From a virus (Duplodnaviria; Caudoviricetes): DNA of 31,130 bases. Shown here piece after piece: positions 1-9,200 of this stretch. The stretch's first letter is position 1. Each line of letters opens with the position of its first letter. Location: the IMG/VR virus record IMGVR_UViG_3300005573_001279, positions 1 to 31,130 of that record; one strand, written 5' to 3'. A model generated the notes under the pieces. That model ran no database searches and had not been told where the DNA came from. It saw only the letters and a list, made by a program, of their open reading frames with translations. Position numbers and translations under genes: made by a program.

Positions 1-184
1 CGTGCAGTTTAAATACCCTTTTCGCTATCTCTTCTGCTTCTTTCTCTAATTTTTCGGCTCTTCTTTCTTGCCTTTTTGTTAGGCCATAATCACAAAAATA
101 TACATCTAAGCGGTGCAATTGCTTAGCAATTTCTCTAAGTTGGTCGTAGGCGTCAAAAAATCGTTGTAGTTTGGCTAAGTTCAT
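1..184 (-). CDS. Hypothetical phage protein, 3'-truncated by window edge (MNLAKLQRFFDAYDQLREIAKQLHRLDVYFCDYGLTKRQERRAEKLEKEAEEIAKRVFKLH...)
   Basis: Hand-translated open frame from ATG at 184, preceded by a strong Shine-Dalgarno AAGGAGGTGA (200..191 on the - strand). Not in the ORF track. Confidence 0.75.
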   Translation of the reverse strand, partial: MNLAKLQRFFDAYDQLREIAKQLHRLDVYFCDYGLTKRQERRAEKLEKEAEEIAKRVFKLH

Positions 185-190
185 ATTTTT

Positions 191-322
191 TCACCTCCTT
201 TTGTTTTGTCTTTTAGCAACTTCTTTGCAGATTAATTCAATGGGTTTGTGAGAATTAAACTTAAGTGGTTTTTTAAGCAGTCTTTTAATTAGTTTTTTTA
301 TTTTTCGCATTTCGCTTTTCAT
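191..322 (-). CDS. Possible 43-aa basic peptide (MKSEMRKIKKLIKRLLKKPLKF...)
   Basis: Hand-translated. Lies between the leftward promoter and the 184 ORF; its TGA stop is inside the SD of the next gene. Confidence 0.35.
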   Translation of the reverse strand: MKSEMRKIKKLIKRLLKKPLKFNSHKPIELICKEVAKRQNKRR

Positions 323-376
323 ATTTGATATTATTCGCTTTTAATTTATTATTGAATAATACTTTATATTGCCTTT

Positions 377-404
377 ATAATATCATATTGTATAACCTTG
401 TCAA
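377..404 (-). promoter_or_regulatory. Leftward sigma70-type promoter TTGACA-N16-TATTAT with extended -10 TGn
   Basis: The - strand reads TTGACA AGGTTATACAATATGA TATTAT; it is divergent from the terS promoter. Confidence 0.65.
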
Positions 405-510
405 GAGGCAATTTTTCCCTACTTTATGGGATTTTTAAAACCAGTTTAAAACTGCTTGAGAGCTACCCCGCGACTCTAAAAAAGTCCAAAAACACAACCA
501 AAACTAAAAA

Positions 511-519
511 TGATATAAT
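511..519 (+). promoter_or_regulatory. Extended -10 promoter element (TGnTATAAT) upstream of terS
   Basis: TGATATAAT at 511-519, 24 nt before the ATG at 544. Confidence 0.5.
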
Positions 520-543
520 AATAATAACAACTTATAACAACTT

Positions 544-972
544 ATGAGAAAACTTACTATAAGAGAAGCCAAATTCTTAAAGAATCTTAAGCAAGGCAAG
601 AATCAAACTGAAAGCGCTATTTTAGCAGGTTATAGCCAAAAAACTGCAGGCGTAATAGCTTCACAATTGCTAAAAAAAAAGAAAATCATTTACGCCCTCA
701 ATCAAGCAGGACTAACTGATAAAGTTTTAGCTGAAAGTATCAAGAAAAACCTTGAAGCGGGCATTGGAGTAAAGGCTACAGCTGATACAAGCTTAAAAGC
801 TACCGAGCTAGCCCTGAAGCTAAAAGGATATCTAGGCAATGAGGATAAACCTTCAACCTTTAATCAACTAAATGTCCAAATAAATGAGCTTAGGCAGTTA
901 TCTGATGAGGAATTAAAGGCTAAAATTAAAGAGCTAACAACTGAAATTGAAGCATTGCAGGCCAAAAAATAG
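544..972 (+). CDS. terS: Terminase small subunit
   Basis: N-terminal HTH motif typical of TerS (LT..EAKF...NQTESAILAGYSQKTA...ASQLL), C-terminal coiled coil, upstream of TerL. Confidence 0.85.
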   Translation: MRKLTIREAKFLKNLKQGKNQTESAILAGYSQKTAGVIASQLLKKKKIIYALNQAGLTDKVLAESIKKNLEAGIGVKATADTSLKATELALKLKGYLGNEDKPSTFNQLNVQINELRQLSDEELKAKIKELTTEIEALQAKK

Positions 973-1477
973 GCAATACAAAACCCATAGTAAAATACCA
1001 CTTGAGGCTAGAGGCAACAAAAATTCCGAGTTTTGCTAAAAAGCCATCTATCCCATAGTCAAGAGCTTTGTATTCTCAAAAACAAAGCCTAAAAGTTGAT
1101 ACTTATATCATCTCAAACAAAAAGCCCCCCTTAAAATTGATTTAGCAAAGCCACAAAAGGCTACTACTAGTGCTAGGTTTGGCCATTGAGTAATAGACAA
1201 GCCCGCGAGGTTTAAAGACAGACTATAGGCAAAAACCTAGCATTTAGAAGACACCCCTTCCACTATCATTTTTAAGTTTCCTTTAGTCTGCAAGTTCCGC
1301 CCCGTGCCTAAAAATAATCAAATTGCAGAACATACTTAGAGACACTTTAAAATACTATAGGGAAGGCTTTGGCTTTTGGCTTGAAAAAAACACAGACCCC
1401 CTATATACCCGATTTGAGTTGAATTGAGTTGAGGTCTTTCCTCTCTCCAATCCGCGATATATTTTCAAAATCCAAAA

Positions 1478-1486
1478 TGGTATAAT
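1478..1486 (+). promoter_or_regulatory. Extended -10 promoter (TGGTATAAT), probably giving a leaderless or near-leaderless transcript
   Basis: TATAAT at 1481-1486 ends 8 nt before the ATG at 1495; no SD. Confidence 0.55.
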
Positions 1487-1494
1487 TATTTTAT

Positions 1495-1923
1495 ATGAAG
1501 TCAAAATCCGAAATCAAAACAGAGCAAGACGCAATACTTCTTGAAATAGGAAAAGAAGGAAAAGAAGGAGACAAAGCTTTCGGGCAATATGCAAAAGAAA
1601 AAGACAAAGAAAGCAAAAAGAAAAGAGACAAAGTTCTTGAACTAATTAACGACCAACCCAAAAAAGTAAAAACATATAACTCCTTCTTAGCAGATATTCT
1701 TTATCAGCGTCTTCATTATGTTGATTGGGAACCGGGCTGGAAATTCTATACGGGATTCACAGACAAAGGTGTTGTTATGGAACTTAAAAGTCCCGACAAC
1801 AGGATTTTTAGGTCGGCGTTCAAACCAACAGCAGACCCAATTCTTGATTTAAACGCAATAGACAACTTTGCTTTAAGAGCAGAAAACATGGTCGATGCTT
1901 TTAGGTATAAGATAATAAAATAA
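1495..1923 (+). CDS. Hypothetical protein between terS and terL
   Basis: 142-aa ORF with its own promoter-like element; no motif recognised. Confidence 0.75.
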   Translation: MKSKSEIKTEQDAILLEIGKEGKEGDKAFGQYAKEKDKESKKKRDKVLELINDQPKKVKTYNSFLADILYQRLHYVDWEPGWKFYTGFTDKGVVMELKSPDNRIFRSAFKPTADPILDLNAIDNFALRAENMVDAFRYKIIK

Positions 1924-1943
1924 TAAGATAATAAAATAATAAA

Positions 1944-3407
1944 ATGAAAGATGCCCTAATACAAAAGATAATAGAGCTCGAAGCACTTAAAAAAGAACTC
2001 CAGGCAAGAAAGCTGACCGAAGACTTATTTGAATTTAATAAAGTTGTTCTACAAGCAGAAACTCTTGGACCATTATCAGATTTCCACAAAGAAATGTGTG
2101 ATTTTATAATGAAATCAGAAAAAAAGAAGAGGTTGATTCTTGTTCCCAGAGGCCACTTAAAAACAAGTCTTGTTACTATTGGATATTCTCTTTTAAGAAT
2201 AGCCAAAGACCCCAATGTAAGAATTCTAATTGCCAATGCCACATATGACATGGCTTGCTCGTTTTTGGGTCAGATTAAGAAACACCTCCAAAACAACGAA
2301 ACCTTTAGAAGTTTATATGGAGACTTAACCACAAATGCCAGCAAATGGTCTGAAAACATGATAACTATTCCAAAGCCAAAAGATTTTACAAAAAAAGAAG
2401 CAACGGTTACAGCTTATGGTATTGGAGGAAATCTTGTAAGCCAGCACTACGACTGTGTAATTCTTGATGATGTTGTTAACCGAGATTTGATAAACACAGA
2501 AGAACAGATTCAGAAGACAATTCTCTTTTACAAGGATGTTCTTGACTTGCTTGAACCAAATGGTGATGTTATCGTCTTGGGGACGAGATGGTCTGACAGC
2601 GACCTTTACGGATGGATACTTGATAAGACCTCTCCAGAAAAGATTTATGAATCGTTTGATGTCTTTTTGAGGCGAGCATATACTGGAAATCTTGAAACTG
2701 GGGAAAATTTGAAAATTTTGTATCCCCAGAAATTTACAAGGGAAATTCTTATTAGCCTTAAAAAGGAAAAGGGTCCAGTTGAATTTGCAAATCAATACTT
2801 AAACGACCCAATGCCATCAGAAGAGGCAAAATTCAAACCTCAGTGGTTTAAAACCATTCTTGAAGACGAATTAAGGTGGAGAGAGATAAATTATTTTACT
2901 ATGGTTGACCCAGCCATTGGACAACTAAAAACATCAGACAAAACAGCCATAGTCACAATTGGCGTTGACCAATTCAATAATTGGTTTGTGGTAAATATAA
3001 TCTGGGACAGACTTCTTCCAAATGAAATAATAAATCATATTTTTGCCAACTGGGAGCACTTTTACCCACGAAAGATAGGAATTGAAATGGTTGCTTACCA
3101 AAAATCCCTTCAGTATGCTATTGTTGATGAGATGCGTCGTAGAAATATTTTTTTACCTATTGTAGAATTAAAAGCAGATAGGAGTAAGCAAGAAAGAATA
3201 GAGGGCTTGATTCCAAGATATGCCAATGGAGCCATCTATCACTTGCGTCAATGTCCTTTTAGAGAAGAACTGGAAGATGAATTATTAAGATTCCCAAGGG
3301 GAAGGCATGACGATATTGTTGACGCTTTAGCTTATGGATTACAGATAGCAAGACAATCGGTAGCACCAAAGCCAAAGCCAAGAAGAGGTTCTAGTTATCT
3401 ATACTAA
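1944..3407 (+). CDS. terL: Terminase large subunit
   Basis: Walker A-like LVPRGHLKTS, Walker B VILDD, motif C VLGTRW, RNase H-fold nuclease acidic motifs MVDPA, DKTAI and HDDIVDAL. Confidence 0.95.
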   Translation: MKDALIQKIIELEALKKELQARKLTEDLFEFNKVVLQAETLGPLSDFHKEMCDFIMKSEKKKRLILVPRGHLKTSLVTIGYSLLRIAKDPNVRILIANATYDMACSFLGQIKKHLQNNETFRSLYGDLTTNASKWSENMITIPKPKDFTKKEATVTAYGIGGNLVSQHYDCVILDDVVNRDLINTEEQIQKTILFYKDVLDLLEPNGDVIVLGTRWSDSDLYGWILDKTSPEKIYESFDVFLRRAYTGNLETGENLKILYPQKFTREILISLKKEKGPVEFANQYLNDPMPSEEAKFKPQWFKTILEDELRWREINYFTMVDPAIGQLKTSDKTAIVTIGVDQFNNWFVVNIIWDRLLPNEIINHIFANWEHFYPRKIGIEMVAYQKSLQYAIVDEMRRRNIFLPIVELKADRSKQERIEGLIPRYANGAIYHLRQCPFREELEDELLRFPRGRHDDIVDALAYGLQIARQSVAPKPKPRRGSSYLY

Positions 3408-3420
3408 TATCTATACTAAA

Positions 3421-5586
3421 ATGAAATCAAAATATGTAGTTTCTGGCAAAGAGCCAGACATAAGAAAAGTTTATAATCCTTCAGATAAGGAAAAGTCTGT
3501 ATTGAAACACACCTATGAGCGTTATTATGAAATGAAGGAGGCCCGCTCCAAATTTGATAAGAATTGGGAAAAATGGGAAAAGCAATGGGAAGCATACAGA
3601 GAGCCAAGAGGCGAAAATGACTGGAAAAGTAACATTTATGTTCCAATCACAACCTCAATAATAGAGGCTGAATTATCAGAGATTATAAATCAGGAATTAA
3701 GACCATGGGTTTTGGCAAGAGGGGTTGAAGACGAAGCAAAGGCAATGATTATGAATGCAATTTTAAACTATACATGGGATGTTGCCAAAAGCGATGTCGC
3801 ATTGTATTACATCATACGAGACGCTCTTATTTATGGGACTGGAATTGGAATGGAATATTACTGGAGAGAGCCAAGAAAAATAAAGGTTGACAATAAAGAA
3901 AAAACAGTTTTTGAGTATGACGATTGTTATCTTGAACCAGTAAGGATTTATGACTTCTTTGTTGATGAGAGAGCTAGAGACTTTACGGGACCATATGGTG
4001 CAAGAGATGCTATTAGAAGATATATCATGGATTATGATGATTTTAGGAACTTCTTTCAAGGTAAATGGGACCCAATGGGAAGAGCTTCCTTGGTGAAGTC
4101 GGGTGGTGATACTAATTATTACGAGTTCTTTAAGCCACCAGAAAGAATTGACAATTCTAGAGAAGTTGAGGTTTTGTGGTATTGGAATAAGCCAGACGAT
4201 TTGCTTTCTATTGTTGCAAACGATGTCCAGATTTATATGGACCCAAATCCATATAAGCACAAACAACTTCCTTTTGTAAGAGCAATAGATATTCCAAGGG
4301 GTTCTCACTTTTATGGCAAAGGCGAAGCAGAACTTCTTGAAAGTCTTCAGGAAGAAATCAACACACTAAGAAGAATGATTATAGATAGAAATCATCTTGA
4401 TATTGATAAACCAATTCTTGTTTCTGATACGCTGACGATTGAAGATGAAGATGTTATAACCAGACCGCACGGTGCTATTCCTGTTGGAGATGTTAATGCC
4501 GTTAAACCACTTGAATATTCTGATATTCCATTATCCGTTTTTAGGTCTCTTGAGATGTTAAACGATGACAAAATCAGAGTTACTGGAATGGACGAGCGTC
4601 AGCAATCTGTTTCAACAGCGGGAACAGCAACAGAAGCAGCTATTCTTAAAGAAGCAACTCTTAAAAGATTAAATCAAAAAATTTGGAGTTTTAAAAATAA
4701 TACCATTGTTGACATAGGCAGATTAAGGGTCGCAAATATTATGCAATTTTACTCTGTTCCAAAACTTGAGGAAATAATTGGAGAAGAAATGTTAGCAAAA
4801 GCGGAAGAAAGGGGTCTTGTGATTGAAAAAGATGGAACAAAGTATATGAAGACATACAGAAATATAAGATTAACTAATCAGCAAGTTGAGATTGATGAGA
4901 AAACTGGTCAGCCAGTTATTAAACCAGCAAAAGGCATTACTTTCTTTGAGGCTTTGCCTGATTTTTTTATGCCCAGCCGTGGTGGTTATGATGTTGTCTA
5001 TAAAGCCACAAGCTCTATGCCTGTTTCAAAACCATTGCAACAGCAAAAAGCAGATGAAATGTATGATAGGTTAATAGGTAATCCAACGGTTGACCCGTGG
5101 AAACTGGCAGAATATCTTCTTAAAAGTAGAGAAGAAGACCCAGACAATTTCAAGGTTCAGCAACAACCCAAGGAAGACACAAACACGATTCTAAAGCAAA
5201 TGGTTGATTTGGCTGGAATAGAAAATGAAGAAATGATTAAAGGAAATGAAATTCCACCAACCCCATACGCGTCTCCAATTCATACTGAACTTCATGTTGA
5301 ATTTATGAAATCTGAAAGATTCAAAAAAGATGTTCCTCCAGATGACACCAATATAATCCAAATCTTCACTAATCACATTACTGGTGAGATTGTAGCTCAA
5401 AATATGAGAGAGTCAGGAGGAGGACAAATGAGGGTTGAAATGCCAACAGGCGAAGGTGGTCAGACCCAGATGCCAGGAGGACAAATGGGAATGGGTGATG
5501 TTATTCCAGGAAGAATGGCTGGAGCCGAGATGCCAACAGGAATAGAAGGAGCAAACAGCGGAGTTCAAGTTGGTAGGAAGGTATGA
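3421..5586 (+). CDS. Portal protein (P22-like, long C-terminal extension)
   Basis: 721 aa directly after TerL; motifs such as DALIYGTG, DFFVD, HFYGKG, QEEIN and TATEA; low-complexity M/G/Q tail. Confidence 0.9.
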   Translation: MKSKYVVSGKEPDIRKVYNPSDKEKSVLKHTYERYYEMKEARSKFDKNWEKWEKQWEAYREPRGENDWKSNIYVPITTSIIEAELSEIINQELRPWVLARGVEDEAKAMIMNAILNYTWDVAKSDVALYYIIRDALIYGTGIGMEYYWREPRKIKVDNKEKTVFEYDDCYLEPVRIYDFFVDERARDFTGPYGARDAIRRYIMDYDDFRNFFQGKWDPMGRASLVKSGGDTNYYEFFKPPERIDNSREVEVLWYWNKPDDLLSIVANDVQIYMDPNPYKHKQLPFVRAIDIPRGSHFYGKGEAELLESLQEEINTLRRMIIDRNHLDIDKPILVSDTLTIEDEDVITRPHGAIPVGDVNAVKPLEYSDIPLSVFRSLEMLNDDKIRVTGMDERQQSVSTAGTATEAAILKEATLKRLNQKIWSFKNNTIVDIGRLRVANIMQFYSVPKLEEIIGEEMLAKAEERGLVIEKDGTKYMKTYRNIRLTNQQVEIDEKTGQPVIKPAKGITFFEALPDFFMPSRGGYDVVYKATSSMPVSKPLQQQKADEMYDRLIGNPTVDPWKLAEYLLKSREEDPDNFKVQQQPKEDTNTILKQMVDLAGIENEEMIKGNEIPPTPYASPIHTELHVEFMKSERFKKDVPPDDTNIIQIFTNHITGEIVAQNMRESGGGQMRVEMPTGEGGQTQMPGGQMGMGDVIPGRMAGAEMPTGIEGANSGVQVGRKV

Positions 5587-5837
5587 AAAAGAAACAAAAA
5601 CTAGTTAAACTAATGGGTTCTGATAAAGAGGGACTTAGAAAAATAGCTCTGTCACCAGAATTTGTTGTTTTAGAAAGACTTTTAAAAATAGAGGAACAAA
5701 ATATTATTATTCAGAGCTTCAAGGTTCCTTCTTCAGACCCAGAAATTGCAAGAAAGAAAGCGCACTTTGAAGGAAGAGTATATGAATTAAGAAAGATGAT
5801 GAGAACTTTTGAGGAATCTTTGAAAGAAGATGAATGA
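5583..5837 (+). CDS. Small hypothetical protein following the portal
   Basis: 84-aa helical ORF with ATGA overlap with the portal stop. Confidence 0.75.
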   Translation: MKKKQKLVKLMGSDKEGLRKIALSPEFVVLERLLKIEEQNIIIQSFKVPSSDPEIARKKAHFEGRVYELRKMMRTFEESLKEDE

Positions 5838-6597
5838 TTTAATCGCTTTAATTACAGACGCCCTAAAGAGAGAGGGTATTTATAGTCCTGAAGTCCTTGC
5901 TTATGCTCTTGCAACAATAAAGTATGAGACAGGTGGGACCATGCGTCCTATTCCTGAATACGGAGGACCTAGTAATGCAAGAAGATTTGGATATTCTGGA
6001 GGAGAAAAATATTATGGTAGAGGATATATACAACTAACTCATGATTATAACTACAAGCAGATGGGAAGAAGAATTGGTCTTGGAGATGCCCTTTACAAAA
6101 ACCCAGATTTAGCTCTTAACCCAGAAATTTCAGCAAGAATACTTGCTGCATTTTTCAAAGATAGGGGTGTTGCTAAAAAAGTTATGGAAGGAGACATTGT
6201 TGGAGCAAGGAGACAAATTAATCCTGACAATAAAGGTCGTTTAATAGCCAATTATGCAAAACAATTCTTGCCTCTAGTTGTTAATGCTTCTTCACAATCC
6301 TCTCAACAACCGTCTCAACAATCTTCTCAACCCCAAACTATTACTTTTGAAACTCCCAAACCGACTCCCCAACCTTCTTTTATACAAAAAATACAAAATG
6401 CAATAAAATCTATCTTACCTCAAAAGACTTCATATTCTCCATCAACACCGACATATTATACTGTTAAGCCTGGTGATACTCTTTCAAAAATAGCTCAACA
6501 GTATTATGCCAATCCAATGCTTTATAACAAGATTAGTGGTTATAGAAGTGAAAATCCTAATCTGATTTATCCATGGGAGAAACTTAAAATAGCCTAA
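5830..6597 (+). CDS. GH19-like (chitinase/lysozyme fold) peptidoglycan hydrolase with C-terminal LysM
   Basis: YALATIKYETG and YYGRGYIQLTHDYNY GH19 motifs; S/Q/P/T linker; LysM YTVKPGDTLSKIAQQYY...NPNLIYP..KLKI. Confidence 0.88.
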   Translation: MNDLIALITDALKREGIYSPEVLAYALATIKYETGGTMRPIPEYGGPSNARRFGYSGGEKYYGRGYIQLTHDYNYKQMGRRIGLGDALYKNPDLALNPEISARILAAFFKDRGVAKKVMEGDIVGARRQINPDNKGRLIANYAKQFLPLVVNASSQSSQQPSQQSSQPQTITFETPKPTPQPSFIQKIQNAIKSILPQKTSYSPSTPTYYTVKPGDTLSKIAQQYYANPMLYNKISGYRSENPNLIYPWEKLKIA

Positions 6598-6598
6598 A

Positions 6599-6754
6599 AT
6601 GCCATTTAAGAAAGTCGGTCCAAACAAATATAGAAGTCCAAGTGGAAGAATCTTTACCAAGAAGCAGGTTCGTCTATATTATGCTAGTGGTGGAACGTTT
6701 AAAAGGACAAGAAGAACAAAAAGGTCAAAACGAAGGTCAAGTAGAAAAACTTGA
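6599..6754 (+). CDS. 51-aa highly basic protein (MPFKKVGPNKYRSPSGRIFTKKQVRLYYASGGTFKRTRRTKRSKRRSSRKT)
   Basis: Hand-translated. Starts 1 nt after the lysin stop and fills the gap; below the ORF-track cutoff. Confidence 0.75.
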   Translation: MPFKKVGPNKYRSPSGRIFTKKQVRLYYASGGTFKRTRRTKRSKRRSSRKT

Positions 6755-6823
6755 CAAGATAGTGTATTATTAAATTGCATACCTTATGGACAATTCTATC
6801 TTTTGATAGAACCCTAAGATAAT

Positions 6824-7549
6824 ATGGAAAACAATCAACAGGATAAAGCCCCTTCTGTTAACTCCGCAGAAGATACGGCAAACAAGGAGCAGGCTCTTGA
6901 TAATTCTATAGAGGCTTTAACTGGCGGTAAATTTAAGTCAGTTGAAGAGTTAGCTAAGGCTTATAAGGAAGCTGAAAGCAAAATAGGCGAACAGGGTGAA
7001 GAGTTAAGTCAAGCTAGAGAATTTGTATCAATAGCCCAGCCTGTGTTTGACGTTATCAGAGAAGACCCAGAATTATTTAAATCAATAGATGAAAGACTTA
7101 GAGGTTCAAAACCAGCTGAAAACGGAAAAGCTGAAAAAACTGAAAAGGACGAGGTAACTCAAGATGATATTCGTGCTACAACCAGAGAAATTATCATAGA
7201 TGGTTTTGAAAATAAGCACAATTTCAAGAAGTTGCCTGCCAGTGAGCAAAAATTACTTAGAAACGCAATAGGCGATGTAATTTTTGAGCTCACGGGCACG
7301 AGCTATGACAAAGTTGACTTGCGTCGTCTTGGCTCTGTCCTAGAGAATGCTTATATTTTGGCGAAAAATAGAATAAAAGACAAGTCGACGTTGGACGCTC
7401 TAGAAGAGGCAGAGAAATCCCAGGAAGGGTCTATATCATCTATCCCGTCGTCGGGCGAGAAAAGTGGTGAGACCCTAACTCCAGAAGAGGCACGGGTAGC
7501 CGAAAAGCTAGGGCTTACCAGAGACCAATACTTATCTGGTAAAAAATAA
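6824..7549 (+). CDS. Capsid scaffolding/assembly protein
   Basis: Acidic coiled coil with GKFKSVEELAKAYKEAE motif and C-terminal LTPEEARVAEKLGLTRDQY; upstream of the capsid genes. Confidence 0.8.
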   Translation: MENNQQDKAPSVNSAEDTANKEQALDNSIEALTGGKFKSVEELAKAYKEAESKIGEQGEELSQAREFVSIAQPVFDVIREDPELFKSIDERLRGSKPAENGKAEKTEKDEVTQDDIRATTREIIIDGFENKHNFKKLPASEQKLLRNAIGDVIFELTGTSYDKVDLRRLGSVLENAYILAKNRIKDKSTLDALEEAEKSQEGSISSIPSSGEKSGETLTPEEARVAEKLGLTRDQYLSGKK

Positions 7550-7585
7550 TCTCCAACAAAGGGTGGCTAACAGGGAGGAGTAAAT

Positions 7586-8146
7586 ATGGCATATTCTTCT
7601 GGTATAAAGGGTTTTTGGTATAAGAAAAACCTTAAACCAGGCGTGTCTAAGCCAGCAACTCTTAGAGTTCCTTTAGCCAATAGTGCGGGTCCTTTAACCA
7701 TCGGGGACGTTGTCCAGTGGACTAATGGTTATCTGACTATTGCGGCAACTGGGGAATCAATCCTTGGAGTACTCGTTGGCTTTTGCTTGGAAGATGGCGA
7801 GAACGTTTTCAAAAGCAAAAGAAGTCACGGAGCAACTCTTTCTGGAGACGATACCCTGACTGCTGCTTCTGATAACCAGACAAGAGATGTCAGAGTCTTT
7901 GGAGAGGTCATTATTGATGAAGACGCTCTCTTTTTGAACAAAGCTGATAGCTCATTGTCTCAGGCTGAGGTTGGTCTTTATTTTGACACAACTTCAGCTT
8001 CTGACCAGATAACTGGTACTGGAAGTGCAAGCATCTCACAGTTCCAGCTCGTTGAGTTGGTGACTGTTGATGATGAAGGAAATTCTGCTAACGACCTTGG
8101 TCTTTTCAGAATTTCACAGTCCCAGCTTGGTTGGGCGGCATCATAA
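7586..8146 (+). CDS. Probable capsid decoration/cement protein
   Basis: 186 aa between scaffold and MCP; IGDVV...ILGV pattern; SD GGAGG upstream. Confidence 0.65.
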   Translation: MAYSSGIKGFWYKKNLKPGVSKPATLRVPLANSAGPLTIGDVVQWTNGYLTIAATGESILGVLVGFCLEDGENVFKSKRSHGATLSGDDTLTAASDNQTRDVRVFGEVIIDEDALFLNKADSSLSQAEVGLYFDTTSASDQITGTGSASISQFQLVELVTVDDEGNSANDLGLFRISQSQLGWAAS

Positions 8147-8149
8147 CAT

Positions 8150-9058
8150 ATGGCATTAAAAAGCAATTTCGGTGACCTGTTGGAACCAGGGCTTAGGAAA
8201 ATCTTCGATGATACTTATGAAGAAATTCCTGAAGTCTATAGTTCCATTTTCAGGGTCAACGATTCCAATGTCGATGTTGAAAGGGATTCTGCTGTAACTG
8301 GTTTCTCTCTTCTAGAGGAAACTGGCGAAGGCGAGCCAATTCAGTATGAGGACCCAGTCCAAATGTACGATGTATCTTATGTGCATCGTAAGTACACTAA
8401 AGGCTTTAAGGTCTCAGAGGAGTTGGTTGAAGACGATAGATATAATGTCATCCGTAAGAAACCCGCTGCTTTAGCCAGGGCTGCTCGCAGAACAGCAGAA
8501 TATCTTGCTGCAGAAGTTCTGAATAACGGATTTTCGTCAGGTGTTGGTGGAGACGGAAAATATCTATTTTCTGTTTCACATCCAAGGGCTGATGGTGGCA
8601 CAGCTCAGAGCAATGCTTCTGGGTCTGGAATTCCATTAACCGAGACAAATCTTAACACAGGACTTCTTGCTATGAGGTCGCAGCTTGATGATAAGGGTAT
8701 GAAAATCGGTGTTAAAGCCGATACTCTTATTGTCCCTCCTGCACTTCATAAGCTGGCTGTCGAGATTACCAATTCCTCAATGAAATCTGGTACCGCTGAT
8801 AATGATTTGAATTATTATAACGGTATGTTGAAAGTAATTGATTGGGATTGGTTGAGCAGTAATACTGCTTGGTTCTTGTTGGACTCATCTGTCCACCAGT
8901 TGAATTATTTCTGGAGAGTGAGACCCGAATTCAAGCAGGACAATTCCTTCGACACAGGAATGGCGCTCTTCAAGACGAGGATGCGCTGCTCCATGGGTTG
9001 GAGTGACTGGCGTGGTATCTGGGGCTCGAAGGGTGACGGAAATAGCTACACGTCCTAA
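8150..9058 (+). CDS. Major capsid protein (HK97 fold, Mu gpT-like)
   Basis: LLEPGL, EGEPIQYE, SEELVEDD, DGKYLFS..HP, LIVPPAL, TAWFLLD and GWSDWRG motifs. Confidence 0.92.
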   Translation: MALKSNFGDLLEPGLRKIFDDTYEEIPEVYSSIFRVNDSNVDVERDSAVTGFSLLEETGEGEPIQYEDPVQMYDVSYVHRKYTKGFKVSEELVEDDRYNVIRKKPAALARAARRTAEYLAAEVLNNGFSSGVGGDGKYLFSVSHPRADGGTAQSNASGSGIPLTETNLNTGLLAMRSQLDDKGMKIGVKADTLIVPPALHKLAVEITNSSMKSGTADNDLNYYNGMLKVIDWDWLSSNTAWFLLDSSVHQLNYFWRVRPEFKQDNSFDTGMALFKTRMRCSMGWSDWRGIWGSKGDGNSYTS

Positions 9059-9060
9059 CC

Positions 9061-9098
9061 CTTTTGTAAGTGGGGTTGGGGTGGCGACCCTACAAAAG
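9061..9098 (+). terminator. Stem-loop just downstream of the MCP stop (terminator or mRNA-stabilising hairpin)
   Basis: CTTTTGTA...TACAAAAG outer stem with GGGTTG/CGACCC inner stem; no U-tract follows on +. Confidence 0.5.
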
Positions 9099-9164
9099 AA
9101 GTAGCATCTACTAACCCAAGCCAAAGTATTGTAAGGAGCAAGTTAGCAAGAGCTACCCACCAGT

Positions 9165-9193
9165 TTGACACTTTTTTTATTGTGTTTTAGAAT
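9165..9193 (+). promoter_or_regulatory. Sigma70-type promoter TTGACA-N17-TAGAAT, leaderless start at ATG 9201
   Basis: Near-consensus boxes with optimal spacing; ATG begins 7 nt after the -10 box. Confidence 0.75.
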
Positions 9194-9200
9194 AAAAAAG

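Noticed and set aside
6751-6780. TTGACA upstream of the scaffold gene as a -35 box
   Set aside because: No -10 at 16-18 nt spacing; the alternative TAGAAA-N17-TATTAT (6742-6770) is too weak to call.
9165-9200. Track start (TTG 9165) for the first S/T protein
   Set aside because: The TTG is part of the TTGACA -35 box; ATG 9201 fits the promoter and aligns with the paralogue starts.
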